A DNA stretch of 20,000 nt from Saprolegnia diclina VS20. Lineage: Eukaryota. The stretch lies in the NCBI RefSeq assembly GCF_000281045.1, contig NW_008246078.1, positions 937,657 through 957,656 of the forward strand, given 5' to 3'. The first letter of the stretch is position 1. Every line of letters begins with the position of its first letter. Positions 10,151 to 19,482 of the stretch are shown in pieces. The notes below the pieces were generated by a model. That model saw only the letters and a program-made list of their open reading frames with translations. It did not search any database and had not been told where the DNA came from. A program made the translations under genes and the position numbers.

Positions 10151-10330
10151 AGAATGATGAAGTCGGCCGAATTATAATTCCACCACAGAACCCGCGCTGT
10201 GATGTTTGGCCAATCAATTGCGGTGGGATTAAATAATAGCCAATCACAGCGCGAACCGACACGCGTCGTGCGCCTACAAAGACCAAGCTATTTAAAATAC
10301 CACGCGTGGATTGGCGGAAAAACAGCCAAT
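10151..10330 (-). promoter_or_regulatory. Putative ISU1 promoter: INR-like TCATTCT and four CCAAT boxes
   Basis: Minus-strand TCATTCT at 10151-10157 matches the oomycete YCATTYY initiator. CCAAT/ATTGG at 10210-10214, 10240-10244, 10310-10314 and 10326-10330. Confidence 0.5.
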
Positions 10331-11623
10331 GAAAGAGGCGATGAAGATGCCAAATCCGAAAAGCCGATCTTGTCACGAAGGCTCGCGAAGTTGACGCAAC
10401 CGGTATCTTTCCGGTCATTCTAGTCCGACAGCCGATGTCATGACCACGAGGGTACGCCTGCACGTCCATTGAGTCATGGGCTATTAGAGGTAGTCGATAA
10501 GGCCATGCGTGTCTATGATGATGGGCCCATGGATGGCGTCGATGTCGGCGACGCGATTACGCATGCTGGGCATGGCATCGCTCCCGCGTGGCTTCGCAGC
10601 CGCCACCGGCGACACGAGCCGAAGCTCTGCTGCTCATCGAGATGTGGACACTAATGTAGTTGAAGTGTTGTGGCTGCGTGCTTGGTGCGCGCTTGCCATG
10701 CATTGTAAGTGCCTCCGTGTGTCAACCCCATCATCCGCACTAGACCAACAGTGCTACGGTGGTTTAGTTTCAATGACCACATGCGATATGTGTAGCGATT
10801 GGCATGAGCAAACAAGTAGCTGCACGTTGCCCTCTGAAATGCAAGAGTGCTGTGGGGCCGTGTGAACGGACATGCTATGGACTGGCGATTGCGCTCAAGC
10901 TCCAAAGCTGGATCCGGGGCGTAGAGCAGCGGGATTTCGATCTGGACGAGCTACATATATGGGAGCAGATATGGCAAGGAACGCCAGCAGCCGAGTTGGC
11001 GACAAGCCAGGGCCGCGTAGTCCTACGCTTGGGCCCTCGGTAAGTTTCCGATGCATACTCGTTGTGCGAGAACCGGCGTCGTCCATGCAGACGACAGATC
11101 CTACTGGCGTCGAACATCAGATGGACCCGTTTGCGCTCTTGTGGAAGCCACGCGCTGATGTCGTTGCGTGCATAGGAGCATGTGCTGTGCAGACGCAAGC
11201 ACTTCACCTTCAAGGCAACCTCGAGGGTCGCTACGTCCGAAAACTTCGGGGCCGCTACGGGCGCAGGCGATAGCGACGAGACATGCTTCGTCTGATCACG
11301 TCCATTCTTTCAAGTTCGTGCACTTGAGATGCAGGTCGACGATCAAGATGGCGGGAATGTCGTTGGGAACACAGCCTTTCTATACAGCCGCCCGGTGGCT
11401 ACTACAATCAAGTGACAACCCCCACAGGTCCGCAGCACTGTTGGCACATGATCGTGCTTCACAGCGCGACTGTAGCGTCAAAGTGCCTCGTTCGTCGGAC
11501 GAGCTTCCCAACGTCTTCGTGCCAACGAGGACCATGGGAGGAATGATTTGTCTGCCGCTTGATCTTTACCTCGTGACGACTGCGCATGATATACGGCTGC
11601 GGGACCTCTGCATCCGGACTGAC

Positions 11624-11658
11624 TTTGCACTTGATGAGTTTGCACTTGATGAGTTTGC
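11624..11658 (+). repeat. 15-bp tandem duplication (TTTGCACTTGATGAG x2 plus TTTGC)
   Basis: Exact copies at 11624-11638 and 11639-11653. Confidence 0.9.
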
Positions 11659-11858
11659 CTGGCTTGGTGCTCGCCGACGAACAGTGTCGTGGCCGTCGAG
11701 ACCAAGATGCGCATCGTCACTCCTCTGCCGCTCGCGTTGAGTTTGGTTGTCGCCAAGTGCGTCGGTATACAAAGAACAAGACAACGCGTGTTTCTCACGT
11801 GAGCAACGGCTCAAAATAGCAAGATTTGGAGATTCGCCGCAGTCGCATCATCCTCGTC

Positions 11859-13633
11859 ATGAGCTCGCCAGAGCTCAGCCCTGCATCGCCGCTGCTGCGA
11901 CCCATGACGCCCCCGCGCCGACCTAGCACGCCGACGCGGACGCCGCCACGCAACCCGAGCACGCCGCCGCGGACGCCGATGCGCCGCCCGAGCGAGCCGC
12001 CGACGCCTGTCCTCCGTGCGCTCGGGTCGTTGGACGACGAACCGCCGCTCGCTGAAAACTACCACGAGTGCCCCGTGTGCCAACGCCACTTCTCACTCGT
12101 GCGCTTCAAGCACCGCTGCAAGGCGTGCAATCGCAAGGTGTGCAACGACTGCTCCAAGAGCCGCTTGCGCCTCAGCGACATGGGCCTCGTGCACCGCGAT
12201 AAGAAGGGCAACATCAAGCACGACCGCGGTCGCCGTGGCGCACGCGTGTGCGATCCGTGCGCGCGCAGCTACTTTGCGACCAAAATGGAGGCCGCGCCAG
12301 CCGCCGCCGCAAGCGCCAACGACGACGACGCGCTCGTACTCTCGCCCTCGATCGCGCCTCTTCTCTCTGCGCCGCGCTCGCGCCCAAAGCGATCTTCGGT
12401 GCCGCTGCGTCTTCTGCGCACGCGGCACTATACAGTCTTTGGCTTCTTCTGTCTTGTGCTGCTGCTGCGCGTGGCCGTGCCCGGCCACAGTCTGCATGCG
12501 ACGGACAAGTACCCGCTGCTGCTGTTTGGCACGGACATTGCGCGCCAAGTGCTGCACCGCCTCGTGCGCCTCGACGTCTTTGTCGCTGCGCTTGTGGGTC
12601 TTGTCCTTCTGGACGAAGTCGAGCGGCTGCGCGCGCCGCCACGCCATCGCAACCCATCGCCCATGCGCTCGTCCATCGCGCCGCCGAGCGTGCACGGACT
12701 CGAACCAGGTACGTGTATGCAGCCGAGATTGCCCTTGCAATCGGATTCTGTCTAGTCGTCGTCGTCGCTCCGGTCATTGCGGTTCATGAGCCCAACTCGG
12801 AAGACGAACTCGACTCGTTCCGCCTCGAAGCGCTCGTCGAGAGCCTCCTCGAGTGTACCTCGAGCGACACGGTACAGACCGCCTTAATCCCAATCTGGAG
12901 TGTTCAAACGGTGACGCGCAGGGTGTCAACATGGCTGCGTACCTTGACGTGTGCGCCGAGACGGCCAAGATGCTCGTGCTCTTTGGGAAGGCGACGGCCT
13001 TTGCCGCAAGCACGGTCGCCGGCTACATGATTGCGATCGACGCGAGCTTGTGCACGAACGCTACGCTCATCGGTGATGACGACGGCGGGTCACCGTGGCG
13101 TAGCCGCAAGCCGCCGCTTCGCCGTGTCATCGGCAATGAAGTCGTCGCCGGACTCGCGACTGTCGGCGGCAAGAAGACCCCGTCCGTAAGCCGGTACGTA
13201 CTATATGCATGCGGTTCGTCATTCGTGGTTGCTCATCATGGATGTAGTGGCGTCTTGCGGCTCTTGTGGTTCCTGGACTTTGTCGAGGCGACACTCCGCC
13301 TCTGCTTTGTCGAAGGCGACGTCGACGACCTCGGCCCGAGCATGTCCAAAGGTATCATATTCGATCGATCGATGCAAAGGCGATGCTCACGGTGGATGAT
13401 GGATAGCGTACGAGACGACGCTTGGCTCGCGTCATCCGTGGCTCATTCGCAAGGGCGTCATGTCGGCGCTTGGGTCGGTGCCGAAGCGGTCGTCAATTCT
13501 CACCGGCATGGCCAACGGCAAGCCCGAAGCCGACGAGCTTTCGCGGCTCCAGAAGGCCCAAGAGCTCATGAAGCGCGTGATTGATGACGTCCGAGGCGTC
13601 CTCGCCGACCACGAGCTCTTGGATTTGAAGTAG
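11859..13633 (+). CDS. FYVE zinc finger + two predicted TM helices + glycolipid transfer protein (GLTP) domain (5 exons)
   Basis: Exons 11859-12708, 12756-12871, 12922-13193, 13248-13351, 13407-13633; introns 47-55 nt, GT-AG. FYVE: CPVC..F..RFKHRCKACNRKVCNDCS...RVCDPC. Hydrophobic stretches VFGFFCLVLLLRVAV and VFVAALVGLVLL. GLTP-like motifs: YLDVCAETAKMLVLFGKATAF, SVSRGVLRLLWFLDF, AYETTLGSRHPWLIRKGVMSALGSVPKR. Confidence 0.85.
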
Positions 13634-13917
13634 CCAATTATAGAGAGTAGAGACGGAGGATGGAGTGACGATGCCTCGTCGATCGAAGACGACGCTGGAT
13701 GACAAGACATATTAGACGTAATATCTGCATTTTCATGTACTCGGCATGCACCAGAACAAGGAGCATAATGCGTTAATGAGGCTTCAACATGCATGCAAGT
13801 AACGACATGCTGAGCTCTTGGACCTGCCACCCGAGCGTCAGTCTCCTGCAGACGCTTCTCATTGCTGATAAAAACAGTGTGGCGAATGCATCACATTGCA
13901 CGTGTTGAAGAGAGATC

Positions 13918-14746
13918 TTAGTCCTTCTTGATGGACTTGGTCTCGTTCTTCTTGGCGTACGCACGCTTGCGCTGGACGTTCATGTGCGTGTACATGATCG
14001 GGAGGCCCGGCACGTAGACAACAAGCGTGAGGAGCACGATGACGTAGAGCGAGACCGCAATGTTGTGCGTGTTGGGCATCGCGATCGAGTACGCGCCCGT
14101 CGAGAGGAGCGGGAGCGCCTTGAGCATGCACGTGACCTCGCCTAATGCGCATGAGTATCGCACGATACGACCAAGAGGACGCCGTACCGGTGACACCGCT
14201 CGGGTAGAGCACCATGAACAAGTGGTAGCGGAGGAAGAAGAGCCAGTCGGGCACCGCGTCGAGCAAGTTGAGCGCGTAGAACGCGTAGCGCGGGACTTCA
14301 ACGAGGCCCCAGCTACGGTTGATATGGGTTGCACGCACAAACAACATGGCAAAAGTAATACCTGGCGACCATCAAGACAAAGCCCCAGTGGGTGCGCGAC
14401 TCGGGGCAGAGCACGTTGATGGCCCAGACGAGCCACAGGCGCGAGCTCACTAGCAAATCGCATCATGAGATGGAATCGTACTATGGCCATGCATGCGCCA
14501 CCATGTACCTTGCATAAAGGTCGAGCCGACGGGCGAGCGCACAAGGCCAATGAGGGCGTGGACCACTTCCATGATGGCCATGGTCTGGACGATCTTGAGC
14601 GGCTCGCCGATGAGGTCCCAGAGACCCGCCGACGTCGTCGCGAGGTTCTGGTCAGCGTAGAGCTGCTGGAGCGTCTGGCCGAGCACGTACGCCCAGCCGA
14701 GGCAGCTCGCCACGTTGAAGAGCACGAGGTACGCCGTCTTGATCAT
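13918..14746 (-). CDS. PHS1: Very-long-chain (3R)-3-hydroxyacyl-CoA dehydratase, PHS1/HACD/PTPLA family (4 exons)
   Basis: Exons 14746-14509, 14449-14362, 14312-14188, 14141-13918; introns 59, 49 and 46 nt. Motifs YLVLFN..GW, QTMAIMEVVHALIGLVRSP, QVSSRL, SWGLVEVPRYAFY, RYHLFMVLYPSGVTGE (catalytic Tyr/Glu), YTHMNVQRKR and a Lys-rich tail. Alternative ATG at 14767. Confidence 0.93.
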
Positions 14747-15471
14747 CGTCAATTCGCAAATGGGCATGGCACCCTGTGGTATTGGGCGGAATATGGACCA
14801 ATCAGACGTCGCGGTTGCCGGTGACGCACTTCAAATGCTTTGTGATGCACACATATTTTAATTGACGGCATGCAAATGTCGAGTCAACACGGTGCAATTA
14901 AATGCGACTTGTCCGCGATCGTAGCTGTGTGTGTGGACGAAAAACTAATAATAAAATAAAAAGGGAGCATTTTTATTCGGGCTGTATTTTAATAAACGCC
15001 ACACAAATGTGCCACATTTAAGACCGACGTGCCGAATGCGCCAAGTGCACATTCGGCATTTCCGACGCGCGGCATGTGCCGAATTCAATCTATCCGGATA
15101 TTTCGGGGTCGATCTTGGTCTTGGTGCCGGGTTCCGTTCGGTTTGTACGACGCTGCGTGAACTCGTTTTGCACTGGTTCGCACACACGTGGCGCTCGCTT
15201 ACCCTCGCTGGCGAGGTTGATGGTACAGAACGCTCTAAATGCATGCGTGTCCTAGTTGTATATAGCGCCGCAACTAAGCTCCAAATATATGCTGCACGCC
15301 AACGAGGTTTCCTCAGTTGTCGCTGCCGTCGAGGACATGAGCGACTGCTGCTGCGGTGGTCGAGAGCTAGTAGATTGCAATAAGCGCATGGATCGGATCA
15401 AGGAACTCGAATAGGAGAGCAAAGATCGCAAGGCGCGAACGACACCGTGGCATGTGCCGCTTTTATTACAA

Positions 15472-15491
15472 TATCCGGAATATTCCGGATA
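15472..15491. repeat. Perfect 20-bp palindrome TATCCGGAATATTCCGGATA
   Basis: Equals its own reverse complement; lies 49-68 bp upstream of the ATG at 15540. Confidence 0.9.
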
Positions 15492-15539
15492 CAGAGCAAA
15501 GATCGCTCACAAATCTTTTTGCTGGCAAACCCACAAGCC

Positions 15540-16937
15540 ATGCCATTGCCGCTGCCAGAGACGGCCTTCGTTCCCGAGGCCAAGTCGACGAAGAAGCGGC
15601 CGGAGCCCATGACGCCGCAGTTCGTCATCCAGCCGACGCCGAAGCGCCGCACGGCCTTCGAGTCGCCACCCGCGAGCGCGTACGAGGCGCTTGCGTCGCA
15701 GGCCATGGGACCACCCCCGATGCTCATGCTGGACGACGCCGAGGAAGAGGCGACGCCGACGACGCCAGACCAAGGCTGGGTTGCGCCATTGCCCTCCATG
15801 GACGCGCATGGCGAAGAAGACGACCTCGATCACCCACCGTACGTGCTTGAACACCAAGGGGATGCGCTTGAAGCCCTTGCTAGTACATCCCACGACGTGG
15901 AAGACGCGCACAAAGAAGTCGCACCCCTGCGTTGGCTTGATCAGGACGCGCCGGTACAAGGGCTGGTCGAGTCGGGCAACGAGAAGTCGTCGGCCGACGA
16001 TTCATCTCAGGAGGTTCAAGGCGGTCCATTCGCGCTGCCAGACCACATGGAGGAGCCCATCGTAGCTTCTGCAGCACCGAATACGCTCCAGGCCATGCCG
16101 TTGGCATCCGATCATGTGAACGGAATGGTTCCCATCTCGTCTGGCGAGTCCGAGCCATCAAGCCCCGTTCCGCGGCCCCTCGTCGACGACGCCGAGACCC
16201 CATTATTGCATCGTTCCGGTGCCCCTTGCTCGTCTCTGCGTCTGCCACCAAACAACTCAGCCCCAGAAGAGCCAGCGATCGCGCCAGTCCAAATCGAAGA
16301 TTCGAAGGAGGCGCTTTTTGAAGAGGCCGAGCAGTCAATGCCCCTTTTCCGCACTGCGCCGGCCGATGCAAGCTCTCACCTGCAGTACGGCCAAGTCGCG
16401 CCATCCCCTTTTCGCATCTCGCAGTCTCAGTTTGGGCAAATCGGGAAGGGCCTCCCGACGCGCCTCTTTAGCCAAGCCACCGATCAAAAGATCAAGCCCG
16501 AGCCTTGCGCTACGAACGTGGCACGAGCGAACGCAACTCGTGTCCGGAGCCGTACGTCGTCGACCATTGCCGGAGGCAAGCGGCGTTCTGTTTCGGCGCC
16601 ACAAGACGAGAACGCTCGACCGATGGCTCGGCTCGTGTCGCCAGAAGCCGCGAAAGCCGTCATCGAGGAGCAGCCGCGCGCTGCCAAGGTCAAGCCCATC
16701 TCGCTCCAGCTTCGCGACGGCAACGGCGACATCGTGCTGCTTCGTGCCAAGCCAACTGCGCTTTTGAGCCGCGTCTTTGAGGAGTTTTCCAAGATGAAGA
16801 AGGTTCCGTCAGACCATTACCGTTTCTTCGTCGACGGCAAGCGTCTTGCGGGCGAAGCGACGATCGCTTCGGTCGAGCTCGAGCACGACGACATCATCGA
16901 TTGCCTCGGGCCCCAAGTCGGCGGCTGCCTCGCGTAG
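15540..16937 (+). CDS. Largely disordered protein with a C-terminal SUMO-like domain ending QVGG-CLA (465 aa)
   Basis: Intronless ORF. About 380 aa of P/E/S/A-rich low-complexity sequence, then ISLQLRDGNGDIVLLRAKPTALLSRVFEEFSKMKKVPSDHYRFFVDGKRLAGEATIASVELEHDDIIDCLGPQVGG, matching the SUMO pattern (I.LKV..QDG..V.F.IK..T.L.KL...Y...RF.FDG.RI...T...L.MED.D.ID....Q.GG). Confidence 0.85.
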   Translation: MPLPLPETAFVPEAKSTKKRPEPMTPQFVIQPTPKRRTAFESPPASAYEALASQAMGPPPMLMLDDAEEEATPTTPDQGWVAPLPSMDAHGEEDDLDHPPYVLEHQGDALEALASTSHDVEDAHKEVAPLRWLDQDAPVQGLVESGNEKSSADDSSQEVQGGPFALPDHMEEPIVASAAPNTLQAMPLASDHVNGMVPISSGESEPSSPVPRPLVDDAETPLLHRSGAPCSSLRLPPNNSAPEEPAIAPVQIEDSKEALFEEAEQSMPLFRTAPADASSHLQYGQVAPSPFRISQSQFGQIGKGLPTRLFSQATDQKIKPEPCATNVARANATRVRSRTSSTIAGGKRRSVSAPQDENARPMARLVSPEAAKAVIEEQPRAAKVKPISLQLRDGNGDIVLLRAKPTALLSRVFEEFSKMKKVPSDHYRFFVDGKRLAGEATIASVELEHDDIIDCLGPQVGGCLA

Positions 16938-17657
16938 ACTGTCGCACGATGATACCTTATCTATTGTGTAACGTGGCATCCTACGATGACACACCACGTG
17001 GGGTGCACCGTTCAAGAATCGCCAGGGTGCGGCCGGGTTGATTCGACAGTATGACGTGGGCACGAACCGAAGCCAACCGAGAGCTGGAGGGTTGGTGTGG
17101 TGACGCCCCAGTTACTTGGAGCTCCAGATACACCAGTTGAAAGAGGTTGGGAGAGATATCAACTCATCAGCTGTGTCACAACGAAAATTGAACTCGACTC
17201 AGGTCCGAGAACAATCACTTCTGCAGAGTTCTTCTCTCGATCTGGTCATGAACCAAGGTAGTATTACCAGCTAGTTGAGCTATCCAAGCCCTGATCCAAG
17301 GCCAAAAGTGTGCTTTTCCCTTAGAGCCAATTCAGTACTGGTATTCCAGACGCAACGTAAAGCGAAGCGCAACGCTGCCACGTATGTGCTGTCAGAGGCC
17401 CTACTCCGCGGATCGTTCATGTCGGTTCAAATGGCTTGCTGCTCACGCGAGACTCGTTTCCGATGCGGCCTCAGAACAGCAGAGCGCTCGCACACTCGAC
17501 GGTGGGAACATGGTGCAGCACACATGACACGCCTGTCTCTGGTCCGCCTTCTTCCACGCCTTCCGCATCGCCCAGCTGTAAACTCATACATCACATGTGG
17601 TATTTCTGTCCATCTCTTCTTCCGAAATGACGTTGGCCCCATTTCCAAATCGGCGTC

Positions 17658-19260
17658 ATGACATCGATGACGCTCTCACGCGAAGTGCTCTTTGCCGCTG
17701 CGACGCTCGTCACGGTCCTTTCGTCCGGCGGCCTCATCCTCGGGTATCGCGCCATCCTCGTCACTCTCTCATGCATGAGCCATACCACTGTCAACCATTA
17801 GATTTGGCCCCGTGTACACACGCCTGGTGAGCGAGCACCAATGGCACGAGCTTTGCCCGCTTCATATGACGCGCGTCTGCCCCGAGCAAGAGGTCCAGCT
17901 ACAGAACGTCTACTCGACGGGGTTTCTCTGCGTCGTGCTCGGCCAAGCGGTTTTTGGCGCGACCCTCGACATCGTTGGACCTCGCTACACGTCAACGATC
18001 GCAGCCATTGTACACATTGTCACCAACTTCCTAGCCCAACGTTGCTAACTGCCATTTTAGTTTACGATCGCTGGCAACCTTTGCCTCGCGATCGGCGACT
18101 CGCGCGACGGCCTCCTCCTCACCGGCTATGCTCTCGTGGGCTTTGGCGGTATGGGCGTCCTCTTCGCGTCCCTCCAGCTCTCGGAACTATTTGCGACGCC
18201 GTCCATCTACTGCGGCATCCTCGTCGCTGCCTTTTACGCTTCGGGCTACGTGTACGTGTTGCTCGAACTGCCCATTGCGCGCGCCACGTTCTTCCACGTT
18301 TATGCGTACACCCTTCAAGTTGCATCTCCAAGTGGCGCTCACAAAGTGTGTAGCGGGCTCGTCGCCCTCTGCGCAGTGCTTTGCTTTGTGCTTTACCCCG
18401 TCGAACACGTCTCGGCGGTCGCTGCGTCGGTGCAGATTCCTGGTCTTGCCTTGGGCCGGCCCCATGCAAATGTACGTTGCGTGTCGGACGCTATATCGAC
18501 TGACGAAAGGGTCTTTGTAGTTGTCCAAATTCCGAGGCCTCTACGCTAGCTTCAAGCAGCAGATGCGTCGTCGGGACTTCTGGGCATTTGTTTCGATCGG
18601 GGCGGTCTTGACGCTCACCAATGTCTTTGTCGGCGGAGCGATTCCCAACATGGTCAAGCGTCTAGCACCAAATGACCTCGACAAGCAAAACACGTACACC
18701 AACTACGTGTACCCGCTCGTCTCGAACGCGTCCTTCCTCTTTGCGCCACCCATGGGCTACCTCATTGACCGCGTGGGCTTTCGCAAGGTGGCTGTCTTGA
18801 CGATCCTCGTGTTTGCTTTGCTCTGCGGCGCCATGATGCTGCCGTCGCTTCACGGCCAAGTACTCGGGTATCTTCTTCTGGCCCTCGGCGTCGGGGCGCT
18901 CACGTCAATGCAATACGCCTACATCAGTACGTGCCGACTCGTATTTCGACTTGAAACGTTGATACTTGGATGTCGATAGTGGCATGCTTTCCCAGCAAAC
19001 TCTACGGTCTCCTCTCAGGCACGGCAACGCTGCTCGTCTTTATCTTTTGTCTTCTGAGTTATGCACTCACGCCGCTCGCCCAGCATACGTTTGACGGCAA
19101 CAACAACTACGTCCTCCTCCTTTTGCTGGCACCGACACTTGCCGTGCTGCTCCTCGTGCGCTTCTTTTATGAACCTACCGAGTGCAATGAGCTCCACACA
19201 CAGCTGCTATCCCCGACCCGTGCAGCGCCTTCCGCGGGCCACGATGACGCCGAGGTATAA
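17658..19260 (+). CDS. MFS transporter, SLC43/LAT3/FMP42-like (6 exons)
   Basis: Exons 17658-17743, 17802-18009, 18061-18305, 18354-18471, 18521-18926, 18980-19260; introns 48-58 nt. About 12 hydrophobic segments, SGGLILGFGPVYTRLVSEHQWHELC followed by a Cys loop, MFS loop motifs GATLDIVGPR and GYLIDRVGFRK, and FPSKLYGLLSG. Confidence 0.85.
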
Positions 19261-19412
19261 AGCTCATCGATTGAACTGTCGAATTCTTGGATGCATCTTG
19301 TTTTTCGCTTCCGCAGTTTCGATTGCACGTGAGAATGAGGCCAAGATGAATGAATGCAATGGGCAGAGCTGTCGGCGTATCCAGGCGTTGCGAACGACGC
19401 CACCGAATCCTA

Positions 19413-19482
19413 TGAACGGAATGGTTTCCTCCTCGTCTGGCGAGTCCGAGCCATCCCGCGGCCCCTCGTTGACGACGCCGAG
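19413..19482 (+). repeat. Degenerate dispersed copy of 16117-16196 (fragment of the SUMO-like gene)
   Basis: Hand alignment: 66/70 identical positions plus a 10-nt deletion (AAGCCCCGTT). Confidence 0.9.

Noticed and set aside
10119..10469. 117-aa N-terminal extension of IscU in the ORF track
   Set aside because: Non-ATG start, non-coding-like sequence, and overlap with CCAAT/INR elements; the presequence starts near 10118.
17050..17600. Possible LTR or TE fragment, with weak similarity to 19560-19700
   Set aside because: No TG..CA pair, primer-binding site, polypurine tract or coding motif; matches are too short.
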